Positions 17,967-28,061 of a DNA stretch of 64,000 nucleotides are shown piece after piece (position 1 is the stretch's first letter; the number at the start of each line of letters is the position of its first letter). The DNA is from an uncultured bacterium (GTDB lineage Bacteria > Omnitrophota > Omnitrophia > Omnitrophales > Abzuiibacteriaceae). The stretch is taken from assembly GCA_964387845.1 (NCBI GenBank), contig CAYLXA010000011.1, positions 34,715 to 98,714 on the forward strand, given 5' to 3'. Both the position numbers and the translations under genes were made by a program. The notes beneath the pieces were generated by a model that did no database searches, was not told the origin of the DNA, and was given only the letters and a program-made list of their open reading frames with translations.

Positions 17967-18087
17967 CTGATTTTCATTAAAAATTAAATAACACTATTTG
18001 GGAATCAGCGCTGCCCCTGAATCTCGATAAAACACGTTTTTTCGTTTCTTGATATTCAGGGGCGGCACTGACTTTCATTAAAGTGTT
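17962..18087. repeat. 20-bp direct repeat CGGCACTGAYTTTCATTAAA (17962-17981 and 18063-18082). The first copy overlaps the tRNA-Leu 3' end. The repeats flank a 17-bp imperfect inverted repeat (18006-18022 / 18054-18070)
   Basis: Direct comparison of the sequence: 19 of 20 identity between the two copies; the inverted-repeat arms match 15 of 17. Confidence 0.7.
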
Positions 18088-18114
18088 CCATTCGATTATT
18101 AATCAAAGTCAGCG

Positions 18115-18141
18115 CCTGCACTTGAGTGGCAAAACTCAAGT
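18115..18141 (+). promoter_or_regulatory. perfect 10-bp stem hairpin (GCACTTGAGT-ggcaaaa-ACTCAAGTGC) 18 nt upstream of the leuS start codon
   Basis: Seen directly. Ends in GCGGCAC, as do the preceding repeat arms and the tRNA-Leu acceptor end. Confidence 0.5.
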
Positions 18142-18158
18142 GCGGCACGTGTAAAGTT

Positions 18159-20615
18159 ATGACCGACAAACACAAACCCTATCCATTCGACCAAATTGAA
18201 CCCAAATGGCAAAAGCATTGGGTTCAAAATAAAACTTTTAAGACGCCGGATCCGGGAGAGCCGGGAAGCGAAAAGCCGAAATTTTACATTCTCGACATGT
18301 TTCCGTATCCTTCGGGTGCGGGGCTTCATGTCGGCCACCCGGAAGGCTACACTGCCACCGACATTCTCGCACGCTATAAACGTATGCGTGACTTCAATGT
18401 CCTGCATCCGATGGGCTGGGATGCGTTTGGACTTCCGGCCGAGCAGCACGCACTTGAAACCGGCACGCACCCCAAAGCCACCACCGAGAAAAACATTGGT
18501 GTTTTCCGCAGGCAAATCCAATCGATCGGTTTCAGCTACGACTGGGACCGCGAAGTCGATACAACCGATCCCGATTATTTCAAATGGACACAATGGATTT
18601 TTCTCCAACTGTACAAAAAAGGGCTCGCTTACGAAGCGGAAGTTCCGGTGAATTGGTGCGAAGCGCTTGGGACTGTGCTCGCCAACGAAGAAGTGATTGA
18701 CGGCAAATCGGAGCGCGGCGGCCATCCGGTTGTGAGAAAGCCGATGCGGCAGTGGATTTTAAAAATCACGGAATATGCGGACCGGCTGCTGGAAGATTTG
18801 GAAGAACTGGATTGGTCGCCTGCTATTAAAGAAATGCAGCGCAACTGGATCGGAAAGTCCGTCGGTGCTGAAGTGGATTTTCAAGTAGCGGGTTCGAATG
18901 AGAAAATCCGCGTATTTACAACTCGTCCCGATACTTTATTTGGCGCGACTTACATGGTTTTAGCGCCTGAGCATCCGCTTGTCAAAAAAATGGCAACCGC
19001 TGATCAGAAAAAATTTGTTGAAGCTTACATTGATCAGACCGCGCGTAAAACTGACTTGCAGCGCACAGACCTAGCCAAAGAAAAAACGGGTGTCTTTACC
19101 GGCGCTTACGCCATCAATCCCGTCAATCAAAAACAAATTCCGATTTGGATTGCGGATTACGTTTTGATCAGTTACGGCACAGGAGCCATCATGGCAGTTC
19201 CTGCGCACGATGAGCGCGACTTTGAATTTGCGACAAAATTCAAACTCCCGATTGTCGAAGTGATTTCAGGCGGCAATATTTCGAACGAAGCTTTCACCGG
19301 TATCGGAAAATGCATCAACTCAACCACGCCGGATAAATCATTTTCTATCGACGGACTTCCGAGTGACGCTGCAAAGGAAAAAATCACAAAATGGCTCGAA
19401 GATAAAAAAATCGGCGAGAAATCAATTCAGTACAAGCTGCGCGACTGGCTTTTCTCGCGCCAGCGGTATTGGGGCGAGCCGATTCCGGTGATTCATGTCG
19501 ACGGCAAACCAAAACCGCTTTCTGAGAAAGATTTGCCCATCATGCTTCCAGAAACTAAATCTTACAAACCAACCGGAACCGGCGAAAGTCCGCTCGCCGG
19601 GATTCCGGATTGGGTCAACACCAAAGATCCTGAAACAGGGAAGCCGGCGAAACGCGAAACCAATACGATGCCGCAATGGGCCGGTTCCTGCTGGTATTAT
19701 TTGCGCTACCTGGATCCGAAAAATGGCAAACAACTCGTTGATCCCAAAAAAGAAAAATATTGGATGCCGGTCGACCTTTATGTCGGCGGTGCCGAGCACG
19801 CGGTGCTTCATTTATTGTACGCACGCTTTTGGCATAAAGTGCTTTACGATGCCGGCGTGGTTTCAACAAAGGAACCTTTTCAAAAACTTGTTAATCAAGG
19901 AATGATTTTGGGCGAGGACAATCAGAAAATGTCCAAATCGCGCGGCAATGTGATCAATCCCGATGACGTGATCCGCGAATATGGCGCAGACAGTCTGCGG
20001 CTTTATGAAATGTTCATGGGCCCGCTTGAAATGGTGAAGCCGTGGTCCATGCGCGGGGTGGAAGGTGTTTCACGGTTTTTGGCGCGTGTTTGGCGCCTTT
20101 TTGTTGATCGTGACGACAAGCTTCAAAAAACGATTGAAAACCGGCAGCCGACGAATGATGAATTACGCGTTCTGCATCAAGCGATTCAAAAGGTGACGGA
20201 CGATCTGGACAACATGCGTTTCAACACAGCGATTTCAGCGCTGATGGTGTTTGTGAACGAAATGACAAAAGCTGCAACGCAGCCAAAATCAATGCTCGAA
20301 ACCTTTCTGCTGCTTTTGGCGCCGTTTGCGCCGCACATTGCCGAAGAACTTTGGAGCCGGCTGGGGCATTCGCAAACACTGGCTTATGAAAAGTGGCCTT
20401 CTTACGATAAGAAGTACTTAGTTCAGGACGAGGCCGAAATTGCCGTTCAAGTATTGGGTAAAATCAAGGCACGCATCGTCGTTTCGCGCAATATATCGGA
20501 AGATGAATTAAAGGCAAAAGTACTCGAACTTCCTGATATTAAACCCCTTATCGACGGCAAAAAGATAAATAAAATCTTTATAGTCCCCGGGAGATTGGTT
20601 AATATCTTAGTCTAA
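18159..20615 (+). CDS. leuS: leucyl-tRNA synthetase
   Basis: 818 aa. [12 protein letters not shown] (HIGH-type motif), KMSKS (QKMSKSRGN) and an editing domain. Start at ATG 18159 rather than the upstream GTG. Confidence 0.93.
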   Translation: MTDKHKPYPFDQIEPKWQKHWVQNKTFKTPDPGEPGSEKPKFYILDMFPYPSGAGLHVGHPEGYTATDILARYKRMRDFNVLHPMGWDAFGLPAEQHALETGTHPKATTEKNIGVFRRQIQSIGFSYDWDREVDTTDPDYFKWTQWIFLQLYKKGLAYEAEVPVNWCEALGTVLANEEVIDGKSERGGHPVVRKPMRQWILKITEYADRLLEDLEELDWSPAIKEMQRNWIGKSVGAEVDFQVAGSNEKIRVFTTRPDTLFGATYMVLAPEHPLVKKMATADQKKFVEAYIDQTARKTDLQRTDLAKEKTGVFTGAYAINPVNQKQIPIWIADYVLISYGTGAIMAVPAHDERDFEFATKFKLPIVEVISGGNISNEAFTGIGKCINSTTPDKSFSIDGLPSDAAKEKITKWLEDKKIGEKSIQYKLRDWLFSRQRYWGEPIPVIHVDGKPKPLSEKDLPIMLPETKSYKPTGTGESPLAGIPDWVNTKDPETGKPAKRETNTMPQWAGSCWYYLRYLDPKNGKQLVDPKKEKYWMPVDLYVGGAEHAVLHLLYARFWHKVLYDAGVVSTKEPFQKLVNQGMILGEDNQKMSKSRGNVINPDDVIREYGADSLRLYEMFMGPLEMVKPWSMRGVEGVSRFLARVWRLFVDRDDKLQKTIENRQPTNDELRVLHQAIQKVTDDLDNMRFNTAISALMVFVNEMTKAATQPKSMLETFLLLLAPFAPHIAEELWSRLGHSQTLAYEKWPSYDKKYLVQDEAEIAVQVLGKIKARIVVSRNISEDELKAKVLELPDIKPLIDGKKINKIFIVPGRLVNILV

Positions 20616-20622
20616 CAGCGAT

Positions 20623-20716
20623 GCTTCAAGCTACAAGACTCAAGCTTCAGGCTTCAAGATAGTGCGTTTCTGCTTGTAGCTTGTAGCCTGTAGCTTGCAG
20701 TTTGAAATTTGAAACT
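20623..20716. repeat. third heptamer-repeat hairpin: (GCTWCAA)x5, 14-nt loop, (CTTGTAG)x4, then (TTTGAAA)x2
   Basis: gcttcaagctacaagactcaagcttcaggcttcaag atagtgcgtttctg cttgtagcttgtagcctgtagcttgcag tttgaaatttgaaa. Immediately after the leuS stop. Confidence 0.75.
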
Positions 20717-22753
20717 ATGCGACACATCCAGGTTAAAGATCGTCAGCTTCAGTTCGGCAACAAAAAAATCCCCCTTATCAGCGGCGAAGTTCATTACTGG
20801 CGCCTCAATCCCAGCTACTGGAAAGCCATTCTTACCAAAGTCAAGGAAATGGGCCTTGATATTGTTTCTACCTATGTGCCGTGGGATTATCACGAATACA
20901 AGCAAGGCAAATTCGATTTTCATGGCAAAACGGATGAAACCCGCAATCTCGTAAGCTTTCTGGAGTTAACACGCAAGATGGGTTTTTGGGTCATCATCCG
21001 GCCCGGTCCTTATATTTACAGCGAATGGCCGAATGACGGCATTCCTTCTTACGCCTATAAATATCACCGCCTTCATCCCAAGTTCCTGGGATACGCCGAA
21101 AATTATTTAAGAAAAGTCACCGCCGTCATCAAACCATATTTGGCATCGCGTTCCAAAGGCCACATTGTTCTTGTCCAAGCCGACAACGAAATCGATCCGT
21201 GGCCGGATGCATTCGGGCATCAATACGGACTTGCCGGAAAACCCGGCATGTTCCAGGAATTTTTGAGCCGGCGTTACGGCGGCGATATTGATTTGCTCAA
21301 CCGAAACTGGAAAACCGAATACAAAAGCTTCAACGAGGCCGGCCCGTTTATTGCTTGCATGATGAAAGATGAGCGCGGGCTTCCTTTAAAGGGTGATAAA
21401 GAACTCCGCCGAAATCTTGATTATTTTGAATTCAAATATGATTACGCACATCAGTGTGCCAAATGGAATATCGAGATATTCCGCAAGCTCGGCGTCGATG
21501 TTCCGCTCTATTTGAACCTGTATCCGTTTTTTTATGCCCACGATTGGGCGCGCATGCAGTCTGAAAGCGATATGGTCGGAGTCGATCTTTATCCTTCCAA
21601 TGAATTAATGGAAGATGAGCATGAACACCGCAAGATGGTTGACAAGATCCGATATTTAAAGAGCATTTCGAAAGTTTCTTATATTGCCGAATTTGCCGCA
21701 GGTGTCTGGCATGCGCGGCATTATGAATCCGGTGTCCTGATGCCGAATCACTACCGCCTGATCACACTTTCCGCTTTGCAGGGCGGTGCGGCCGGATGGA
21801 ATTGGTATATGCTCGTCAATCGCGACAATTGGTACATGTCGCCCATTAACGAATGGGGAAGGCCGCGCGCCGAGCTTTATCACGTTTTCAAAGACTTGGT
21901 TCATCTTTATCGCGAACTTGATCCGCCGTCATTGGAAAAATTAACGAACATCGCTGTGACGTTCAATCCCATTCAATATGCGGCGCGCACGATGCCGGTC
22001 GAAAGCCAGATTTTGACGGCGCTTTATGAAGCTGACCTGGATTATGAATTTATCAACCCCGAAATTGGATTGAGCGACAAGCCGATTCTGTTTTATTCCG
22101 GTAATCAATGGCTCGGCAGGAAAGCGCAGAATAATTTAAGAAAGTACGTGGAGAAAGGCGGTATTTTGGTGGCATTCCGCAATTTTCCGAGAAAAGATGA
22201 TAATTTCGAAACCTGCGATATTTTGGGCTTTGAGGAACCCTCCCGGATTTTATTTGAATTCCGTAGGAAGTTTGTCATCAAGCTTGATAAAAAATCCAGC
22301 GCAGAAGCGAATAGCTCGGTTTTTAGTTATGATCACTGCAGCGGCAAACCGGTCAAGGTGGATTTTGGCAATTACGGTTCCCATATCATCGGTTATGAGA
22401 AAAAAGTAGGGAAAGGCACGATTTTCCACTTGGGCGTGGAACCGACGAAGGAAATTATTCTGGCTATCCTTAGCTATTTCGGAATTGCGATTTATACCCA
22501 TACGACTACGCGCGATGTTAAAACCAGCTTATTTCGGAAAGGGAAACGTTTTTATTTGATCGCGGTCAATAACGGAAAAGAAGACAAAAGCGCCGTGGTC
22601 GAATTGGGCCTCCCCAACGGGCGGGTCAGGCGCGTCAAAGCTACCGACCTTCAAACGCACGAAGAAAAAGAATATGTTTGCCATCAAGGTGTTTCGGTAA
22701 ATGTCGATATTCCTAGAAAGGACGGCAAGGTCTTAGAAATCACTATTAAATAA
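20717..22753 (+). CDS. glycoside hydrolase family 35 beta-galactosidase-like enzyme
   Basis: GH35 N-terminal signature: ISGEVHYWRL, VSTYVPWDYHE, IIRPGPYIYSEWPNDGIPSY. Catalytic NEI region (VQADNEID). No signal peptide. Confidence 0.8.
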   Translation: MRHIQVKDRQLQFGNKKIPLISGEVHYWRLNPSYWKAILTKVKEMGLDIVSTYVPWDYHEYKQGKFDFHGKTDETRNLVSFLELTRKMGFWVIIRPGPYIYSEWPNDGIPSYAYKYHRLHPKFLGYAENYLRKVTAVIKPYLASRSKGHIVLVQADNEIDPWPDAFGHQYGLAGKPGMFQEFLSRRYGGDIDLLNRNWKTEYKSFNEAGPFIACMMKDERGLPLKGDKELRRNLDYFEFKYDYAHQCAKWNIEIFRKLGVDVPLYLNLYPFFYAHDWARMQSESDMVGVDLYPSNELMEDEHEHRKMVDKIRYLKSISKVSYIAEFAAGVWHARHYESGVLMPNHYRLITLSALQGGAAGWNWYMLVNRDNWYMSPINEWGRPRAELYHVFKDLVHLYRELDPPSLEKLTNIAVTFNPIQYAARTMPVESQILTALYEADLDYEFINPEIGLSDKPILFYSGNQWLGRKAQNNLRKYVEKGGILVAFRNFPRKDDNFETCDILGFEEPSRILFEFRRKFVIKLDKKSSAEANSSVFSYDHCSGKPVKVDFGNYGSHIIGYEKKVGKGTIFHLGVEPTKEIILAILSYFGIAIYTHTTTRDVKTSLFRKGKRFYLIAVNNGKEDKSAVVELGLPNGRVRRVKATDLQTHEEKEYVCHQGVSVNVDIPRKDGKVLEITIK

Positions 22754-22770
22754 GAAAGCATCCGCCCGAT

Positions 22771-23661
22771 ATGTACGAATCGTTTTTCGGATTTAAAGAG
22801 TGCCCCTTCAACGTTACCCCAGATCCCAGGTTTATCTTCTTTAGCCGTCAGCACACCGAAGCTTTTTCGAGCTTGCTTTATGGAATTGAATCCCGGAAAG
22901 GTTTTATTGCCGTTACCGGCGAAATCGGAGCCGGAAAAACTACGCTTTGCCGCCTTTTGCTTGAGAAATTAAAAGGCCGCGCGAAAACATCGTTGATTTT
23001 AAATCCGAATTTATCGGAATCCGAGATTTTGCTTTCGGTGGTTGAAGATTTCGGCGTGGGTGTGCGCAGAAGCCTTTATCCGCAGAATGTAGAGAAAGAT
23101 TCAAATCTGGTGATCTTGCCGCCCGTTTCGGGAAATAAAAAAAGATACTTTGATTTATTAAACCGCTTTTTGCTTCACGAGTTTGAACAGGGGTCGAACG
23201 CCGTATTGATCGTGGATGAAGCGCAGGATTTAAAACCAAGAGCGCTTGAGCAAATCCGCCTGCTTTCGAATTTAGAAACAGACAAGCACAAACTGATTCA
23301 AATCATTCTGGTCGGCCAGCCCGAACTTCGAGATACCTTGAACAGCCCGAATTTGGAGCAGCTCCGTCAGAGAATCGTGGTTTCCTATCATCTGCGTAAT
23401 CTCGATTTGAACGATACCAAAGCCTACATCATCCATCGTCTTCGTGTGGTGGGCTGGATGGAAGAAATGCTTTCGATCGATGCGTCTGCGTTTGAAGCAA
23501 TTTACCGCTGCACGGAAGGCATTCCGCGGCTCATCAATGTTTTGTGCGACCGGACGCTTTTGTCGGCTTATGCAAAAGGCGCGCGGGCCGTGAACGCTTC
23601 CAATGTGGAAGAAGCCAGAAGTGATTTGGCATGGATACCGGAGATGGCCGCCGCTGCTTGA
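22771..23661 (+). CDS. ExeA/GspA/MshM-like AAA ATPase (type II secretion / type IV pilus biogenesis accessory)
   Basis: Walker A TGEIGAGKTTL, Walker B VLIVDEAQDL. The overall pattern (ILVGQPELRDTL, YIIHRL) resembles the ExeA N-domain. No C-terminal peptidoglycan-binding domain. Confidence 0.75.
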   Translation: MYESFFGFKECPFNVTPDPRFIFFSRQHTEAFSSLLYGIESRKGFIAVTGEIGAGKTTLCRLLLEKLKGRAKTSLILNPNLSESEILLSVVEDFGVGVRRSLYPQNVEKDSNLVILPPVSGNKKRYFDLLNRFLLHEFEQGSNAVLIVDEAQDLKPRALEQIRLLSNLETDKHKLIQIILVGQPELRDTLNSPNLEQLRQRIVVSYHLRNLDLNDTKAYIIHRLRVVGWMEEMLSIDASAFEAIYRCTEGIPRLINVLCDRTLLSAYAKGARAVNASNVEEARSDLAWIPEMAAAA

Positions 23662-23670
23662 GGTCATGAC

Positions 23671-24354
23671 ATGAGCATTATCAACGATGCCCTTAAAAGG
23701 GCCGAGCAGTTTCGAAAGTGGACCAGCAGCGAAGTTTCAGCCGCCACTCATTCAGCAAGCCGTTCCGAAGTTGCGGTTTTAGACGAGCCGCCGCCTCCAA
23801 AAGTTCAACCGGTTACGCCGCGCCCCAAAATCAAAGTCGAGGCGCCAACCGAAATTCCGAAACCGCTTCCTGAGAAGAAAGCCAAAACTCAGGCTGCTTC
23901 TCCGAATTCATTCTTAATTGTTTCATTGGTCGGATTATCAGTCTTGATTGTGGTGGCGCTCTTCCTGCTTTTATCTCGTTTTTCTGTCAGCCATGACTCG
24001 ATTTTGAACCAAACAATCGCAGAACCTGTTTCCGGCATTCAGGCCGATGCAGCTCTCTTGACGGAAATTCAAGCGCCGGCGGTTGTTAGTCAAGCGCAAG
24101 CTCCCGCGATCCAGGCGCCCAAACCGGAATCTAAACGCATCATCCGCAAAGAACGAAAAACACCGCGGCCTCTGAAGTCTCAATATCAATTGACCGGTGT
24201 TTACGGGATCGGCGGGTCAGAACGCTATGCGTTCATCAACGGCAAGATCGTGCAAACCGGCGGAATCGTGAATGATGCTTCCGTGGTGTCGATCGATCAA
24301 AATTCCGTGACGCTCAAGCGCGGAAGCCGTGTTTTTGTTTTGACGATGCCCTGA
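23671..24354 (+). CDS. GspB/ExeB-like membrane protein (partner of the ExeA-like ATPase)
   Basis: N-terminal MSIINDALKRAEQ is the hallmark GspB start. Pro-rich linker, one TM, and a C-terminal GspC/PilP-like beta domain (YQLTGVYGIGGSERYAFINGKIVQTGG). Confidence 0.6.
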   Translation: MSIINDALKRAEQFRKWTSSEVSAATHSASRSEVAVLDEPPPPKVQPVTPRPKIKVEAPTEIPKPLPEKKAKTQAASPNSFLIVSLVGLSVLIVVALFLLLSRFSVSHDSILNQTIAEPVSGIQADAALLTEIQAPAVVSQAQAPAIQAPKPESKRIIRKERKTPRPLKSQYQLTGVYGIGGSERYAFINGKIVQTGGIVNDASVVSIDQNSVTLKRGSRVFVLTMP

Positions 24355-24549
24355 GTTTTTGATATAAACCCGAATATTCCCTCCACGCAATTTCCTATGA
24401 AGCCATACTCTGTCTACGAAAAGATTATTTTCCTGATTTTCCTGATTTTGCTACTTGTGTGGACGGCTTGGGGGCGTTGGGATGACCTGAAGTTTGAAAG
24501 TTTCGGCCTCATTCAGTCTTTGCGGGATTTTCTGATAAAACCCGATTGA

Positions 24550-24578
24550 TTGACATTCCTTTCAGCGGATGGTAGAGT
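24550..24578 (+). promoter_or_regulatory. sigma-70 type promoter for the heptose kinase gene
   Basis: TTGACA, a 17-nt spacer, then TAGAGT. Confidence 0.5.
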
Positions 24579-24623
24579 ACGCACCCATGTTAATTGTCAT
24601 CCATCCAAACCGTATTCATTAAC

Positions 24624-25655
24624 ATGGCGATCAAGAGCAAGACACCTAAAACTCCTAAAACATCGATTCCCAAGAGCCGTTTTACCAGTCTCATTCGGCA
24701 CTTCAACAAAAATCACCTCATCATTATCGGCGATTTCATATTAGATGAATTTGTCTGGGGAACGGTAGACCGCATTTCTCCCGAAGCGCCGGTTCCGGTT
24801 GTGCGTGTAGACCGTGAATCATTCATGCCGGGCGGGGCGCTCAATGTGGCGCATAATATCCGTTCGCTGAAAGGCATCGTGTATCCGTGCGGCGTCGTGG
24901 GCCGTGATCTTTACGGTAGAATGCTGCTGAAAGTTATGCGCCGCGAAAAAATCGAAACCGGCGGCGTGATTTACGATAAGGCCCGCCCGACAACCTTAAA
25001 AACACGTGTGATTGCGCATTCGCAGCAAGTGGTCCGCTTCGACCGCGAAAAGTCTGGGAATATCAGCGAAGCCGACTCCAAACAAATCCTCAAATTTGTC
25101 CGCGAAACTCTCAATCATTCACATGTTTTAATTATCGAAGATTACGGAAAAGGCGTTGTCACGCCCGAGCTTTTGCGTGAAATCATTCAACTGGCCCGTT
25201 CGCGTAAAGTTCCGATCCTGGTGGACCCAAAAGAGAAAAACTTTTCATACTATAGAGGCGTCACTGCCATTACGCCGAACAAAAAAGAAGCACTGGCGGC
25301 TTATGGCGCCCGAACTTCGGATGAACAACCGTCGCTCGAAAAAGTCGGCGAGCGGTTGCTTGAAAAATTTGAATGCGATGCCGTGTTAATGACGCTCGGC
25401 GAAGAGGGAATGATGCTGTTTGAAAAAAATGGCGACATCACGCGGATTCCGACCGCCGCGCGCGAAGTGTATGATGTTTCCGGAGCGGGCGACACCGTGA
25501 TTTCCGTTTTCGGTTTGGCATTGGCATCCGGCGCCACGATGAAAGAAGCCGCGTTTTTAGCGAACGCAGCCGCGGGCGTTGTGGTCGGCAAACTCGGAAC
25601 CGCAACACTTTCGCAGGAAGAATTGCTGGATGCGCTGAGCGGGAAAAGCACATGA
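24624..25655 (+). CDS. hldE: D-glycero-beta-D-manno-heptose-7-phosphate kinase (RfaE/HldE domain I only)
   Basis: Ribokinase-family sugar kinase with IIIGDFILDEFVWG and DVSGAGDTV motifs typical of HldE domain I. Lys/Pro-rich N-terminal extension. No adenylyltransferase domain follows. The start could alternatively be the TTG at 24594. Confidence 0.8.
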   Translation: MAIKSKTPKTPKTSIPKSRFTSLIRHFNKNHLIIIGDFILDEFVWGTVDRISPEAPVPVVRVDRESFMPGGALNVAHNIRSLKGIVYPCGVVGRDLYGRMLLKVMRREKIETGGVIYDKARPTTLKTRVIAHSQQVVRFDREKSGNISEADSKQILKFVRETLNHSHVLIIEDYGKGVVTPELLREIIQLARSRKVPILVDPKEKNFSYYRGVTAITPNKKEALAAYGARTSDEQPSLEKVGERLLEKFECDAVLMTLGEEGMMLFEKNGDITRIPTAAREVYDVSGAGDTVISVFGLALASGATMKEAAFLANAAAGVVVGKLGTATLSQEELLDALSGKST

Positions 25656-26386
25656 AAGCAATTTGCGTGATTCCGGCCCGGCTTGAATCCACAAGACTTG
25701 CGCGCAAACTTTTAAGGCCTCTTGCTGGCAAACTTTTGATACAATACGCCTACGAAAATGCAAAGCGCGCCAAAAAATGTGCAAAAGTTTTAGTGGCCTG
25801 TGATCACGAAGATTTGATAAAGGCCGTCGAAGCGTTCGGCGGCGAAGCGGTGCTGACGAGTGAGTATCACCAAAGCGGTACCGAAAGAATTGCGGAAGTG
25901 GCGGAAAAATTTCCGGCCGATGTGTATGTGAATTTACAGGCGGACGAGCCGCTCCTTCATTCGAGCGCAATCGATGATCTGATTTCCGCTTTTGAAGTCG
26001 AGCCGGATTTGAAAATGGCGACGGCTTGCATCCGGATGCGCGAAGAATCCGATTTTCTGAACCCGAATGTCGTAAAAGTGGTCAAAAATCAGAAGGATGA
26101 AGCGCTTTATTTTTCGCGTTCGCCGATTCCGCATGACCGCGAAAAGGCATCGACAGATTTTTTTAAGCATCTCGGGATTTACGCGTATGAGCGTCAGTTT
26201 TTGATTAAAATTCCGAAGCTGACGGCGTCGAATTTAGAAAAACGCGAGAAATTAGAACAACTGCGCGTACTCGATAACGGTTTTACGATCAAAGTTTTGG
26301 AAACGGCTTACGATTCGATCGGCGTTGATACGGAAGAGGATTTGAAAAAAGTGGAGAAAATATTGAAAGAAGGCGCCCGTGCCTAA
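25652..26386 (+). CDS. kdsB: 3-deoxy-manno-octulosonate cytidylyltransferase (CMP-Kdo synthetase)
   Basis: [11 protein letters not shown] and GTERIAEV motifs. ATGA overlap with the upstream gene. Confidence 0.9.
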   Translation: MKAICVIPARLESTRLARKLLRPLAGKLLIQYAYENAKRAKKCAKVLVACDHEDLIKAVEAFGGEAVLTSEYHQSGTERIAEVAEKFPADVYVNLQADEPLLHSSAIDDLISAFEVEPDLKMATACIRMREESDFLNPNVVKVVKNQKDEALYFSRSPIPHDREKASTDFFKHLGIYAYERQFLIKIPKLTASNLEKREKLEQLRVLDNGFTIKVLETAYDSIGVDTEEDLKKVEKILKEGARA

Positions 26387-28061
26387 GTATATTTTTGTGA
26401 CCGGCGGCGTGGTTTCATCGCTCGGCAAAGGCATTGCTTCCGCGTCCATCGGCAAGCTGCTCGAAACCAAAGGGCTTAAAGTCATGATGCAAAAGCTGGA
26501 TCCTTACATCAACGTGGATCCCGGCACGATGAATCCTTACGAGCACGGCGAAGTTTACGTGACGGATGACGGCGCCGAAACGGATTTGGATTTGGGCCAT
26601 TACGAGCGCTACACACATTCACCGCTCGGAAAGTTCAGCAACGTCACGACCGGCCAGGTTTATTACAGCGTGATTTCAAAAGAGCGGCGCGGCGATTATT
26701 TGGGCAGCACCGTTCAAGTAATTCCGCACATCACGGATGAAATCAAGGAAAGAATCCGCGCAGTGTCGAAAGGCAAACGCTGCGATGTCGTGATTTCCGA
26801 AATCGGCGGAACGGTCGGCGATATCGAATCGCTTCCGTTTTTGGAAGCCGCGCGCCAATTCCGCCACGAAGTCGGGCGCGACAATGTGATTTTCATTCAC
26901 CTCACACTTCTTCCGTTTATCCGGGCAGCCGGAGAACTCAAAACAAAACCGACTCAGCACAGCGTCGGCCGTTTGCGCGAAATCGGTATTCAGCCCGACA
27001 TTTTGCTTTGCCGGACGGAACGCCGCCTGGGAAATGACTTGAAACGTAAGATCGCGCTTTTCTGCGACGTGGATACCGACGGCGTCATCGAAGCGCGCGA
27101 CGTTCGGACGATTTATGAAGTCCCGCTGATGTTTAAAGAGCAAGGACTCGACAAAGCGATTTGCCGCTTTTTGGGAATCGATTATAAAGCCGGCAATTTG
27201 CAGGATTGGAAATCGAACGTTGTGGATAAGGTCCTTAATCCGAAGCATCGCGTCAGAATCGCGGTGGTCGGAAAATACATCGAACTGAAAGACGCCTATA
27301 AATCAATTTATGAGGCGCTTACGCATGCCGGTATTGCAAGTAATACGGAAGTGATCATCCGCCGCTACAACGCTGAGCGGATGATGAAGGGGAATTTGGA
27401 CCGCTTTCTCTGGAATATTGACGGTATTTTGGTTCCGGGTGGATTCGGCAGCCGCGGCATCGAAGGAAAAATCCGCGTGATTCAGTACGCGCGTGAAAAT
27501 AAAGTGCCGTTTTTCGGCATTTGTTTGGGGATGCAATGCGCTGTGATTGAATTTGCGCGCAACGTTGCCAATCTCAAAAATGCAAACTCCACCGAATTCA
27601 ATAAAAAGACCCCGCATCCCGTGATCAGCATGCTGGAAGAGCAGGAGGGCGTTAAAGACCTGGGCGGCACCATGCGCTTGGGTGCATATCCGTGCGATTT
27701 GAAAAAAAATACGAAAGCGCATGACGCGTACCGCGCAGACCAAATTTCAGAGCGCCACCGCCACCGTTACGAATTCAATAACAAATACCGTGAAACGCTC
27801 GAGTCACACGGGCTGCGCGTTTCGGGAACCTATCAAAATAATAAGCTGGTTGAAATCGTTGAGTTGCCGGAACATCCGTGGTTTGTGGCCGGCCAGTTTC
27901 ATCCGGAGTTTCAATCAAAGCCTGACGTGCCGCACCCATTGTTCAAATCATTTGTAGCCAAGGCGCTTCAATTTAAGCGCTCGGTTGATTTAGCGGATCA
28001 TGAACAAGACGACGATAACCAAAACACCGAAACCATCCATGAAACCAGTACGCTTGCTTGA
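26379..28061 (+). CDS. pyrG: CTP synthase
   Basis: GTG start giving [18 protein letters not shown]. Glutamine amidotransferase domain with GICLGMQ. Confidence 0.93.
   Translation: MPKYIFVTGGVVSSLGKGIASASIGKLLETKGLKVMMQKLDPYINVDPGTMNPYEHGEVYVTDDGAETDLDLGHYERYTHSPLGKFSNVTTGQVYYSVISKERRGDYLGSTVQVIPHITDEIKERIRAVSKGKRCDVVISEIGGTVGDIESLPFLEAARQFRHEVGRDNVIFIHLTLLPFIRAAGELKTKPTQHSVGRLREIGIQPDILLCRTERRLGNDLKRKIALFCDVDTDGVIEARDVRTIYEVPLMFKEQGLDKAICRFLGIDYKAGNLQDWKSNVVDKVLNPKHRVRIAVVGKYIELKDAYKSIYEALTHAGIASNTEVIIRRYNAERMMKGNLDRFLWNIDGILVPGGFGSRGIEGKIRVIQYARENKVPFFGICLGMQCAVIEFARNVANLKNANSTEFNKKTPHPVISMLEEQEGVKDLGGTMRLGAYPCDLKKNTKAHDAYRADQISERHRHRYEFNNKYRETLESHGLRVSGTYQNNKLVEIVELPEHPWFVAGQFHPEFQSKPDVPHPLFKSFVAKALQFKRSVDLADHEQDDDNQNTETIHETSTLA

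Noticed and set aside
17967-18158. Possible T-box riboswitch leader upstream of leuS
   Set aside because: The conserved T-box sequence (AATTAGGGTGGNACCGCG) and the specifier-loop architecture are absent. The hairpins are better described as repeats and a simple stem.
18099-18725. 208-aa ORF on the minus strand overlapping the leuS 5' region
   Set aside because: It is entirely antisense to a strongly supported, highly conserved leuS reading frame. It has no ribosome-binding site and its composition is typical of antisense frames of GC-balanced genes.
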